Source: an uncultured candidate division Zixibacteria bacterium (GTDB lineage Bacteria; Zixibacteria; MSB-5A5; GN15; FEB-12). From it: a stretch of DNA of 64,000 bases. Below, one piece after another: positions 48,521-57,966 of this stretch. The first letter of the stretch is position 1. Each line of letters opens with the position of its first letter. The notes beneath the pieces were generated by a model. The model was not told where the DNA came from, did no database searches, and saw nothing but the letters and a program-made list of their open reading frames with translations. Location: contig OY760907.1 in NCBI GenBank assembly GCA_963664195.1, positions 1,632,001-1,696,000 on the forward strand. Direction: 5' to 3'. A program made the position numbers and the translations under genes.

Positions 48521-49449
48521 CTACAGCAGCTTCGTCCATGCCTCCAGTCTGCCGTATTCCTCGAAACCGACCGAGGCGTACAAAGCGTGTGCAGGATCGG
48601 TGTATGAACCAACGTACGCTATCTTTGCTCCCAGCAGCTTCAAGCGCAGGATCCCCTAAGTGAGGATTGCCTTGCCAAGGCCGTGTCGCTGGTGATCCGG
48701 CGATGTGCCGACCGGTTCGAACAACCCCGTGCGGGTGACATCATCAAACCAGATGGTGCAGAATGCAGCCAAATCCGCATTGGGAGCTACCGCGACAAGA
48801 TCCAAATCGCGTCTGTACAAAGGCCCCCTCTGGATGTTGTGATACCAGCCGTCTTCAAACTTATCTGTCGGGTCGTCTGGATGGAATGCTCGGAATGATA
48901 CCCAACACCTTGCGGAGTGCTCATCGGTGTTTCCGAGCGCTCGAATCGTGTAGCCCTCGGCAATGGAGAAGGGGACAATCGCCTCTGACAGGGGCCGTCT
49001 ACGCTGACTCTCTTTGAGCCATTTGTCACAGACGCTGTAGCCGCGATTATTCAGTGCCGTCTGAAGTCTCACGTCCCTGATTTCGGACCAGACGTGCAGC
49101 GTCCGTCGGTTGTTGCTGGCCGGAACGGTCAGATGTTGCTCGGCAACTGCAAGCATGTGTGCGTCCAATTCGTTACTGGCATAGCTCGGATGCATTTGCA
49201 GAAACACTGATCCTGGGCCTTCCCGGTTGAGTACGGCGACAATATCGTCGTTTTCTGATCCCAGAGGAAGACATCTTCTCCTGGAGTGCCGTGTTTCATA
49301 TTGAGGACTCCGTGCCATCGCCAATAGTCGAACCGGGCGACATCCCAGCTGGTCTGATTGAGATCGTTGGCAAGGAGGACATTGCGAAGGAACTCGCGAA
49401 TTCGCCAGTAGTCCTCGTCATTGCGGTATCTGTGCATACTGGTTTTCAT
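48521..49449 (-). pseudogene. GNAT acetyltransferase, disrupted
   Basis: ORF 49449 (MKTSMHRY...DVFLW) joins the 48656-frame ORF through a 1-nt frameshift near 49259. An in-frame TAG at 48656-48658 interrupts GLGKAILT*GILRLKLLGAKIAYVGS...ALYASVGF, which ends at TAG 48521-48523. Confidence 0.82.
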
Positions 49450-49661
49450 AGCATACTCCCAAACCTGAACTCCCGATACAGAATCGGACGTACGGATTCA
49501 TACTTGTTTGGTCTTGTGATTGATGAACGTATCAGCGGTCGTTATGCCGCTGATACATATCGGAAGGACATGCTTAGAGAATCATTGTCCTACACCTCTG
49601 CGGAATGTGTGGCCTGTAGCATATTACGGAGGTTTGGAGTAGAGGTTTCGTGTCTTGTGTA

Positions 49662-49766
49662 GAGCATCTCTTGGCTCGTTGCGGATTCGAGATTGTCGAT
49701 ATCTACGGAGATTTTGACAAGTCGCCCTACAGTGACGAATCACCGGAGATGATTCTCGCGGCATGA
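49662..49766 (+). pseudogene. C-terminal remnant of a class I SAM methyltransferase
   Basis: EHLLARCGFEIVDIYGDFDKSPYSDESPEMILAA* with no upstream gene body (in-frame TAG at 49617). Confidence 0.55.
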
Positions 49767-49955
49767 AACAGGGCTGATCGTCGCGTCGCAAATGCGGCAC
49801 TCCGCGTTCACGGGTCCATCCTGGCCGTATGTCCACGCTTTGGTCCTCTAACTCGTTGCATCAGACCACGCGAGTCGGTATATTATCACGGAGCACACAT
49901 CGGCGATATTCTCAAAAACGTATGTAACAGAATCGATCGATATTGGAGGTTTCCC

Positions 49956-52121
49956 ATGCTTTCCAGGAACGCGTTTACTTTCTTTGCAGTCATGGCCTTT
50001 TCCGTCGGTTTGGGTGCCCTGAGTCTGATGGCCGGAGTTCCCGGGCTCATCAATTACCAGGGGCGGATAACAGACCCATTGGGCACTCCCCGAGATACCG
50101 TGGTGGATATTTCGTTTACGATCTTCGAGGATGAAGGCGGCACTTCCGATCTCTGGTCGGAGACTCACTCCGCGGTGCCCGTCGTCGACGGACTATTCCA
50201 TCTCTATCTGGGGGATGTCGACTCAATCCCGTCGGCTATCTTTAGCGGCGAAACCCGGTTTCTCGGGATGGCTGTCGGCACCGATCCCATCGGAACACCG
50301 CTGATCCCCATAGTGAGCGTTCCGTACGCTCTTCTTGCCCAGACGGTTCCCGAAGGCACAATCAACAGTCTGCACCTCGAAGACGGGGGAGTGGGGTTGG
50401 AGGACATCGGCCAGAACGGTGCTGCCCAGGGATTTGTCATGAAGTGGATCGACGACCACTGGATTGCGGCTGAAGACGCCAATGACGGTGGTTTCGAACT
50501 TCCGTACGGTGGTAGTGTGACGAGTACGGGCGACGCATTTTCTATCGGCAACGACGGGACAGGACCTGGAGTGCGCGGAGCCGCTCAGGCAAACGACGGT
50601 GTGATAGGATACACCGGGGCGGTCGACAAAAGCGGTGTCTACGGTTACAGTCCGCTTGGCACCGGTGTCTCCGGTCGGTCGGAAGGAGAGAGTCACGGAG
50701 TGTATGGCGAATCCAATGCCTCGACTCTGGAACACGCCGGAGTTTACGGTATGAACCTTGGTTCAGGGCCGGGCGTGTCGGCTCATGGCAATGACCTCGG
50801 CCTCCGTGTGACGACGGGGGCATCCGGAACGGCTGCCTTGCTCGAGGGAGACGTCCTGGTCAGCGGCGGGCTTTCTGCGGTAACCAGTTCGACCGCTGCC
50901 GGACAGTTTGCTACCGATGACTTTACTGTTGGCAGTGATTCTGCGGTGTTGAGGGCCGAGTATTTCGGCCCCAACTCGGCGTTCAAGACTCTGAGCGCCA
51001 TTGAGGGAATCTGTGTAACCGAGGATTCGGCCGGCATCGGAGCGTGTTTTCAGGGCGGTTACACCGGGCTCTGGTCGGAGGCGGTTCAATCAACTCGCGA
51101 TGGGGCCTACTACGGAGTTATGGGATCGGTTTCCGGAGACTTCACGGGCAGTCTTTCAACCCAATTCACCGGTGCCTACTTTCAAGCGGTTGGAAGTGAT
51201 ATCTCCGAGACTATCGGTTGTCAGACATACGTCAAGGGCGGTGCCTACAATGCCGGCTTCACCACATCTATTCTTGTCCCGCATGGACAGAATCCCCTGA
51301 TCAGTCAGGGGTTATCCGCATACATTGCCGATAGCAAACAGGCGTACGGGGTGAACCTGGAGGTCTACGCCTATCACGGACCGGATAGTGTTCATGCAGG
51401 TCTCAAAGCACGGACCTCTGGTGCCGTGACCGACTACGGCAGCTACCTGATTGCGGAGGGTGATTCAACCAACTACGGCATTTACGCCGAGGCCAAAAAC
51501 GGGGCTAATGCCAACTACGGTATCTGGGCCGAGGCCCCGAACGGCATGGCCGATTGGGCGGGGTATTTTGTGGGCGACGTAATGGTCACCGGAACAATGT
51601 ACGCGACTAGCAAGTCCTTCCGAATCGATCATCCGCTCGATCCAGAGAACAAGTATCTCGTTCACTCTTGTGTCGAATCGCCGGACCAGAAAACGGTGTA
51701 CGACGGTACGATCGTGCTGGATTCGGACGGTGCTGCTGTTGTTGAGTTGCCGGACTACTTTGAGGCATTGAATCAGGAGTTCCGATACCAGCTCACTTGC
51801 ATTGGTGGTTACGCACCGGTCTACGTGTCAGATGAAGTCGACGGCAACCGGTTCGGTATTGCCGGAGGAAGCGCCGGACTGAAAGTCTGCTGGCAGGTAA
51901 CCGGAGTGCGGAATGATCCGGCAGCTCTGGCGCAACCGATGGAAGTCGAAATGGAGAAGCCGTTCGACAAACGCGGTACTTACCTCAACCCTGCTGCCTA
52001 CGGACTGGGCGAAGAGTCCGATGAAATGCACCGTGAACGTGCGAAGCGCGACAACGGAGAGCACGAGTTTGGAAAACACATTCCGAAGCCGCCGGAGATG
52101 CAGGGCAGATCGCAGAGATAG
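49956..52121 (+). CDS. Secreted Gly-rich repeat (beta-helix/tail-fibre-like) surface protein
   Basis: Signal peptide; INYQGR...LWSETH...DGLF N-terminal domain; many GVYG/NYGIYA repeats; C-terminal KSFRIDHPLDPENKYLVH...VELPDYFEALN...YQLT...WQVTG domain. Confidence 0.75.
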   Translation: MLSRNAFTFFAVMAFSVGLGALSLMAGVPGLINYQGRITDPLGTPRDTVVDISFTIFEDEGGTSDLWSETHSAVPVVDGLFHLYLGDVDSIPSAIFSGETRFLGMAVGTDPIGTPLIPIVSVPYALLAQTVPEGTINSLHLEDGGVGLEDIGQNGAAQGFVMKWIDDHWIAAEDANDGGFELPYGGSVTSTGDAFSIGNDGTGPGVRGAAQANDGVIGYTGAVDKSGVYGYSPLGTGVSGRSEGESHGVYGESNASTLEHAGVYGMNLGSGPGVSAHGNDLGLRVTTGASGTAALLEGDVLVSGGLSAVTSSTAAGQFATDDFTVGSDSAVLRAEYFGPNSAFKTLSAIEGICVTEDSAGIGACFQGGYTGLWSEAVQSTRDGAYYGVMGSVSGDFTGSLSTQFTGAYFQAVGSDISETIGCQTYVKGGAYNAGFTTSILVPHGQNPLISQGLSAYIADSKQAYGVNLEVYAYHGPDSVHAGLKARTSGAVTDYGSYLIAEGDSTNYGIYAEAKNGANANYGIWAEAPNGMADWAGYFVGDVMVTGTMYATSKSFRIDHPLDPENKYLVHSCVESPDQKTVYDGTIVLDSDGAAVVELPDYFEALNQEFRYQLTCIGGYAPVYVSDEVDGNRFGIAGGSAGLKVCWQVTGVRNDPAALAQPMEVEMEKPFDKRGTYLNPAAYGLGEESDEMHRERAKRDNGEHEFGKHIPKPPEMQGRSQR

Positions 52122-52234
52122 AAGCCGGTTGTCGGTGATATGGGTGTGAGTAGCTGACAGTGGAGACGACAATGACTGAAATGGGCCGACGGAATCTCTC
52201 CGCCGGCCCTTGTTTCATATATCTTCAGCCCTGC

Positions 52235-53545
52235 CTACCCTTCAATCCCCATCGTCTTGATTTTGCGCCAGAGGGTAGAGCGATGCATGCCGAGTTCTAC
52301 CGCCGCGCGGCTCTTGTTGCCGCCGTTGCGCGCCAGCGCTTTTCGGATCGTTTCCTTTTCGCTCTCAGCCTCCACGCGTGGAAGATTGCCGGTTGTACTC
52401 TGTGAGACCACGTGGCTGGGGAGATGCTCGATCAGGATTTCATCACCGTGGCACATGACAAACGCATGTTCAATCGCGTTTTCCAGCTCGCGCACATTGC
52501 CGGGGAGGGAACATTTCCGCAGAACGGCGATAGCGTCCGGTGACACCCGCTTGATTTTCTTGCGGCTCTTTTTCTGGAATCGTTTCAAATAGTGATTCAC
52601 CAGCAGCGGGATATCCTCCGGTCTGTCGCGGAGCGGAGGGATGGAGATAGCGACAACATTCAGTCGATAGTACAAATCCTCGCGGAATTTTCCCTCGCCG
52701 ATCAGCTTCTCCGGATCGGCGTTGGTGGCGGCAATGATTCGGGCGTTGGTGTGCAGGGTCTTGGTCGAACCGAGCGGACGGTACTCACCGTTGTTCAACA
52801 CGCGTAGCAGTTTGACCTGCAGAGACATCGGCATCTCACCGATTTCGTCAAGCAACAGGGTGCCGTCGTTGGCCAGACTGAACTGTCCCGGCTTGTCTCG
52901 CTTGGCGTCGGTGAAAGCCCCTTTTGAGTATCCGAACAACTCAGACTCAAGCAGTGTCTCCGGCAGGGCGGCGCAGTTAAGTTTGATATGGGGACCGTAC
53001 CGTCGCGGACTCAGGTTGTGAATGACCTGGGCGAACAATTCTTTGCCGGAACCGCTGGGGCCGAGGATTAACACGTTGCACTCGGATTCGGCTATATCCG
53101 GGAGCATCGATACCATCCCCTGCATGACCGAGCTGACACTCACGATTGCACTGAGCGTCCGTTTTTCTTCGAGTCGATCACGAAGGTGCTCGACCTCGGA
53201 GACATCGCGGAAAAACTCCACCGCGCCGACCGGCGTACCGTCTTCATCTTTTAGGAGAGTGGTAGTGACACTGATCGGAATCTCACGACCGTCCTTCGTG
53301 ATGATCGTTACACGGGCATTCTCAATAGGATCGTGCTTTCGGAGCGTGTCTTTCAGGGCACATTGCTTGTGGCAGATTTCTGTCCGGAAGACATCGAAAC
53401 AGTGTTTTCCCACCGCCTGTGACATCTTGAATCCGGTGATTCTCTCGGCGGCTTTGTTGAACGAGGTTATCCGGCAGTTTTCATCAACCGTGAAAACGCC
53501 GTCGCTGATGCTGTTAAAAATCAGCTCGCTCAGTTTTTCGCACAT
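52235..53545 (-). CDS. PAS-domain sigma-54 enhancer-binding protein (Fis-type HTH)
   Basis: PAS with C...C...C; GPSGSGKE; ESELFG; GAFTDA; LLLDEIG; FREDLYYRL; PGNVRELEN; HTH LGMHRSTLWRK. Confidence 0.95.
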   Translation of the reverse strand: MCEKLSELIFNSISDGVFTVDENCRITSFNKAAERITGFKMSQAVGKHCFDVFRTEICHKQCALKDTLRKHDPIENARVTIITKDGREIPISVTTTLLKDEDGTPVGAVEFFRDVSEVEHLRDRLEEKRTLSAIVSVSSVMQGMVSMLPDIAESECNVLILGPSGSGKELFAQVIHNLSPRRYGPHIKLNCAALPETLLESELFGYSKGAFTDAKRDKPGQFSLANDGTLLLDEIGEMPMSLQVKLLRVLNNGEYRPLGSTKTLHTNARIIAATNADPEKLIGEGKFREDLYYRLNVVAISIPPLRDRPEDIPLLVNHYLKRFQKKSRKKIKRVSPDAIAVLRKCSLPGNVRELENAIEHAFVMCHGDEILIEHLPSHVVSQSTTGNLPRVEAESEKETIRKALARNGGNKSRAAVELGMHRSTLWRKIKTMGIEG

Positions 53546-53688
53546 GGCGCAGGCTCCCAAACAGTGGTTGGCAGGTAATATGGCTGCTGAATCTCAGAAT
53601 GCAATATACTATCTCAACGGTGCGTGTTGTGTTCTGGCCACATACTCAGGTAACCTGACTATTCACAAGCCATTAGCGCCGCCTATCT

Positions 53689-54219
53689 CTAAGCGTGGAC
53701 GATCTGCTCCCAGGGGTGTTCCGCGAGTCCCAGTTCATGGGTTATCATCTCTGCCCGCGTGTTGATGCGAAGTTGGTCAGCCTTGTCCGGTCCCACCAGG
53801 ACTGTCGGTGACACGAAGGCATGGGCAAACTCGTCAATCGGCTTGCCGGCGAACATGCAGCCCTGCTTGATATCGGCCAGCACGAGAACCTGGAACTCAC
53901 GCACCAGCAGGCAGCGATGCAGTTCAGTCCATTCGTTGTCTTCGCAGAACCGGAATCCGACCTTGAGATAATCGCCCGCCTTTTCATCGTAGTACAGGCG
54001 TAGTTCGCGCTCGCGCTCGACTGCGATTTTCGCCCGCTCTTCCGCCGAAAGATCCTTGCCTGAGTTGTCGGCGGGATCGTAGGGGTCTTCCAGAAAATGG
54101 AATACATTTAGCTGGAGACCGCTTCTTTCTGCCAGCCCCAACGCGTATTCAAAGGCCCAGTCACCCTGCTGAGAGTAGTGGGCACAAAAGCCGACAGCGT
54201 ACAAACCTTGTCTGGTCAT
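53689..54219 (-). CDS. Universal-stress-protein-like protein
   Basis: VGFCAHYSQQGDWAFEYALGLA...LNVFH...PTVLVGP fits a USP-like alpha/beta layout. Confidence 0.55.
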   Translation of the reverse strand: MTRQGLYAVGFCAHYSQQGDWAFEYALGLAERSGLQLNVFHFLEDPYDPADNSGKDLSAEERAKIAVERERELRLYYDEKAGDYLKVGFRFCEDNEWTELHRCLLVREFQVLVLADIKQGCMFAGKPIDEFAHAFVSPTVLVGPDKADQLRINTRAEMITHELGLAEHPWEQIVHA

Positions 54220-54238
54220 GATCTATGTCTCCTGTATA

Positions 54239-55270
54239 TTACACGTTTTCCGGTGCCGGAGTACGTGTAACCTCGTTCAAATAATAATCCGAATACACAG
54301 CCCCGATGGGATTGTTCACCAGCGATTTGTCCTTGACGAACAGCGTGGTCACCGGCGCGTCGCTGGCCTTAGTAAACAGGCAATCGACTCCCATGCAAAG
54401 GCCGACAATGATATTGATATCTGTGCCCAACTCGTTGAGCACCTCCGCCTGCCCCAGGGGATTGCAGGCCACACAAGTACCGGAAGAACGCACAGTCGTG
54501 TCGTCGTTCCCGACAGTGGGGTCGTTTGCCCTGGTACCGCCGACTTTGCAGCAAACAGGGAAGACGTTGAAATATCTCCTCAGCAGCCCCGCGAGTATGC
54601 CGGCCGGTTCCATAAGATCGACACAGTACGCCAGCCCGATCCGGCTATATTTCATCCCGAGACAGAAATAGACCAGCTCCGCCACGCGACAGAGTTGCCG
54701 ATCCTCCTCACTGGACACATCACGGGCGACCTCAAGCATCGTCTGGTAGACCTCGTCAAGCTCATTGAGTGAATGCGAGACACCCGGATAGCAGCCTTCA
54801 CCGCGCATACACACCCGGTTGGTGCACTTCAGGCAGTCGAATCGTACGAGTTTGTCGTCGCTCGTCTCCCAGGACCGCGCAGCTGCTTTCGTCTCCTGAG
54901 ACTCGCGATCGCCGGGAGGTGGCAGGACCTGTTGGTCCGTAGTATCCTCGGTGAACCCAAATCCGGGCCGGAGCTTACCCTGCATGATGGCTTCGAGCAA
55001 CTCGGAGGAGGAACAGGCGACATTATCGATGACCTGTAGTTCGTAGGAGGTCAGTATCTGTTGCGTCTCTCGGTCAATGCCGCCAGCCACAAGAGTATTC
55101 ACCCGGTTCTCAACCAACAGATGTATGAGATCTGTCCACGTTCCGGTTTCTAGCGGTATCACCTCGTGCTTTTCTGGTGCGCCGTCGGTCTGGTCAACCA
55201 GCATGACGGAATCGGCGATAGTGCAACGGGGCGAGACCCGGTTTTTCAGCAACGGTATGCCGTAGCGCAT
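54239..55270 (-). CDS. NifB/NifX-like domain fused to a DUF1847 Cys-rich metal-binding domain
   Basis: N-terminal GIPL...RVSPRC...NTLVAGGI; C-terminal RVAELV..C, IGLAYC, VCCKVG, CNPLGQA, VGLCMGVD, TTLFVKD..L.NNP. Confidence 0.82.
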   Translation of the reverse strand: MRYGIPLLKNRVSPRCTIADSVMLVDQTDGAPEKHEVIPLETGTWTDLIHLLVENRVNTLVAGGIDRETQQILTSYELQVIDNVACSSSELLEAIMQGKLRPGFGFTEDTTDQQVLPPPGDRESQETKAAARSWETSDDKLVRFDCLKCTNRVCMRGEGCYPGVSHSLNELDEVYQTMLEVARDVSSEEDRQLCRVAELVYFCLGMKYSRIGLAYCVDLMEPAGILAGLLRRYFNVFPVCCKVGGTRANDPTVGNDDTTVRSSGTCVACNPLGQAEVLNELGTDINIIVGLCMGVDCLFTKASDAPVTTLFVKDKSLVNNPIGAVYSDYYLNEVTRTPAPENV

Positions 55271-55301
55271 AGTCCTCTCCTACAGTTCTGTGGAGCTATA
55301 G

Positions 55302-55316
55302 GCAACTTGCATGCCA
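55302..55316 (-). promoter_or_regulatory. Sigma-54 (-24/-12) promoter, leftward operon
   Basis: Minus strand TGGCAT-GCAAG-TTGC, about 30 nt upstream of ATG 55270. Confidence 0.75.
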
Positions 55317-55433
55317 GACGGTCTGGTGCTGTTCTGGATGTCCAGGCAGGAGTTGTTGCCGCAGAGCTGTTTCAGTGTCGGACGACGGTCGAGCTACAGT
55401 CTGTAGGTCTGCCAACAGCTTGCAGTGTCAGGC

Positions 55434-55549
55434 GTGTTGCCGCGACACTGAAGATTGTACCGTTGCAGGCGCGACTGTCCTCCGATGTCACTCTGTGGTT
55501 TGTCGCGACACCTGTTGCATCGCATCGAAACGTTGCAACACTTGCGACA
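55434..55549. promoter_or_regulatory. Putative upstream activator sequences for the enhancer-binding protein
   Basis: Clustered TGTYGC/GCRACA palindromes: GTGTTGCCGCGACAC (55434), TGTCGCGACA (55501), TGTTGCA-N14-TGCAACA (55513-55540), TGCGACA (55543). Confidence 0.6.
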
Positions 55550-55718
55550 TCCGGAGACCTCCAGTACAGAGCACATCGTCGGTTGTGTCTCCGGCCATGA
55601 TAAGAAGCACCAAAATCTCATTATCGGGCAAAATCGCCATATCACATTATAGGCTCGTCGAAAACCGACTTGCTGGAGGCCACCCGGCACTTGGTGGTGC
55701 GAACTCACACGAGCGGAT

Positions 55719-55734
55719 TGGTACGGCATTTGCA
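55719..55734 (+). promoter_or_regulatory. Sigma-54 (-24/-12) promoter, Hmc-like operon
   Basis: TGGTAC-GGCAT-TTGCA upstream of the 55778/55796 start. Confidence 0.75.
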
Positions 55735-55777
55735 ATCCTCTGTGTGGGAATGAAGCAGAAGTGAAGACAAAACCTTA

Positions 55778-57217
55778 ATGGGTGTGAGAATTGAAATGGC
55801 TGATGCGACATCTGTGGAGACGGTTGGAACACAATCCTATCCATATTACATCGAGAACCCGATCACAGAAAAACGGGTCGAGAGATTTCTTGAGGCGTTT
55901 GCGGCGGTACTGAGCTACACCGATTACAAGCCGCTGCTGGATTCGTATTGTACTTCCAATGCCAAATGCAACCGGTGCGCGGTGACCTGCCCGGTTTTTC
56001 TGGCCACGGGTGATCCTAAGGATATCCCGTGCTATCGCACCAACCTCCTCCTGGATGTTTACAAGCGGTACTTCACAATCGGTGGCTGGCTCAAGGCGAG
56101 GTTTTCCGGCGGATTTGAACTCACCGATGCGGTGATTGATGAAATGCTGGATCTGTTCTACCGCTGCACGGCCTGTCGACGCTGCACGATGGAGTGTCCG
56201 ATGGGTGTCGACCACGGTCTGGTGACTCGATTGGGGAGGTACGTGCTGAGTCTTATCGGCATCGTCCCCAAGGCCCTCCAGGTGAGTGTGCGCGAACAGC
56301 TTGAAGGGGAGACACGCAATACGTCGAAAGTCCCGAAAGTCGCTCTGCTTGACACGCTCGGATTCCTTTCCGAAGAGATGAACGATATTCTCGGCATCAA
56401 GCCTGAATTCCCGGTCGATAAGGAGAACCGCGACTATGTGTTCTTCTGCGCGGTCAGTGATTACCTGATGGAGCCGGAGACGCTGATGGGTAACGCGGCG
56501 GTGTTGTACGCTGCGGGCGATTGGGATAAATGGACAATTGGTACCGGTAACTACGACGGCATCAACTACGGTCTGTTCTACAGCGACTGGCACCTGGAGA
56601 AGATCATCAAACGGTTGGTGGCGGAGGTGGACCGTCTCAAAGGCAAGCAATTGCTAATCGGCGAGTGCGGCCATGCATCCCGTTCGGCTCATGATTTCGT
56701 GCCGGTATTCGGAGGCAAGAATCCATACAACGTTACTAACTTCATGGAGTACACGCTTGATTGTCTTGAGAAGGGCAAGATCAAGCTCGATCCGACCATC
56801 ATCACCCAGAAGGTTACCTACCACGACCCGTGCAATATCGCTCGCTCCGGATGGGTGGTCGAGCAGCCGCGAAAGATCCTCAAATCGTTTGTGTCGGACT
56901 TCGTCGAAATGGAACCCCATGGGGTGAACAACTACTGTTGCGGCGGTGGTGGCGGTCTCGTGTCGGTGGATGAAATCTACGAGTACCGGATGAATATCGG
57001 CGGCAAGGTAAAAGCCGAGCAGCTCAGACGAACCGGTGCCGAAATCTGCATCGCTCCGTGCGCCAACTGCAAGAAGCAGCTCAAAGAACTTGTCGAGTAT
57101 TACAAGCTGCCGTGCAAGGTGATGGGCCTCCATGACCTCCTGCTCAAGGCGATAATCATAGACGGGGCCAAATCACCCCGGGAAAGACAAGAAGAGGCGG
57201 CAATGTTCGAGATGTGA
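55778..57217 (+). CDS. HdrD/DsrK/HmcF/TmcB-like Fe-S oxidoreductase with CCG domain
   Basis: C..(5)CNRCAVTCP, CTACRRCTMECP, GECGHA, TYHDPCN, YCCGGGGG, APCANC. Alternative start 55796. Confidence 0.9.
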   Translation: MGVRIEMADATSVETVGTQSYPYYIENPITEKRVERFLEAFAAVLSYTDYKPLLDSYCTSNAKCNRCAVTCPVFLATGDPKDIPCYRTNLLLDVYKRYFTIGGWLKARFSGGFELTDAVIDEMLDLFYRCTACRRCTMECPMGVDHGLVTRLGRYVLSLIGIVPKALQVSVREQLEGETRNTSKVPKVALLDTLGFLSEEMNDILGIKPEFPVDKENRDYVFFCAVSDYLMEPETLMGNAAVLYAAGDWDKWTIGTGNYDGINYGLFYSDWHLEKIIKRLVAEVDRLKGKQLLIGECGHASRSAHDFVPVFGGKNPYNVTNFMEYTLDCLEKGKIKLDPTIITQKVTYHDPCNIARSGWVVEQPRKILKSFVSDFVEMEPHGVNNYCCGGGGGLVSVDEIYEYRMNIGGKVKAEQLRRTGAEICIAPCANCKKQLKELVEYYKLPCKVMGLHDLLLKAIIIDGAKSPRERQEEAAMFEM

Positions 57218-57267
57218 ACCGTCTCGAACGCCCGGAGAAAACTCAATAGTCAGGAGAGGCAGGACCC

Positions 57268-57966
57268 TTGGAACAGTGGATTAGTTTCGCAAAAGGACCG
57301 TTATTTGCATTCTCATTTATGGTGATGCTGCTGGGCCTTCTCAGGCTCGTCATCGTCCAGATATACTCCCTTGTACTGAACAAGGGACGGAGACTGCGGA
57401 ATGTGCCATGGAAGAAGATCGCCGTGGAGGCGACCAGTTGGGCAGTTCCCGTGAAGCACTTGATACCCGGTACGCGGTTCTTCTCGATTACGTCGTACCT
57501 GTTTCATATTGGGGTGATTGCGGTGCCGGTCCTGTTAACGGACCACATTGTGTTGTGGGAGAGTCTTGTCGGGTATAATCTGCCGGCGATCGGTCGCGGA
57601 TTGGGGGATATCCTGACGCTATTTACTCTGGCCTGTGTTGTCGCCCTGTTCGCGTGTCGCCTGTTCATCGGGCGTTTGCGTGCGATGAGCATGTTCATGG
57701 ATTATGCCCTGTTGATCCTGATCTTCGTCCCCTTTGCGTCCGGATACTTGGCCTCCCACCCGAATGTCAATCTATTCTCATGGGAGTCGATGATGCTGGT
57801 TCACCTGCTGAGCTCCAACTTGCTGCTCATTGCGATGCCATTTACAAAGCTGTCGCATGTGGTGCTGTTCTTTTTTGACCGCATTTCTCAGCTCCACTGG
57901 CAACTGCGACCCGGCGCCGGTGATCAGGTGGCCGAGGCCCTTTACGGCAAGGAGGCACGAGTCTGA
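57268..57966 (+). CDS. NarI/DsrM/HmcE-like membrane cytochrome b
   Basis: About 5 TMs; FHIG...DHIVLW; VHLLS...PFTKLSH histidine pairs; RBS AGGAG with TTG start. Confidence 0.85.
   Translation: MEQWISFAKGPLFAFSFMVMLLGLLRLVIVQIYSLVLNKGRRLRNVPWKKIAVEATSWAVPVKHLIPGTRFFSITSYLFHIGVIAVPVLLTDHIVLWESLVGYNLPAIGRGLGDILTLFTLACVVALFACRLFIGRLRAMSMFMDYALLILIFVPFASGYLASHPNVNLFSWESMMLVHLLSSNLLLIAMPFTKLSHVVLFFFDRISQLHWQLRPGAGDQVAEALYGKEARV

Noticed and set aside
35508..48658. TAG recoding (pyrrolysine or alternative genetic code) suggested by two in-frame TAGs
   Set aside because: Many intact genes here end in TAG at family-typical C-termini, and both interrupted genes have other lesions (damaged motif I, frameshift).
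54239..55270. Nitrogen fixation gene
   Set aside because: NifX-like domains are widespread outside nif clusters, and there is no nifHDK in the window.
55778..57966. dsrK/dsrM as proof of dissimilatory sulfate reduction
   Set aside because: No dsrAB, dsrC or dsrJ in the window; gene order and partners fit an Hmc-like complex, so no dsr symbols were assigned.
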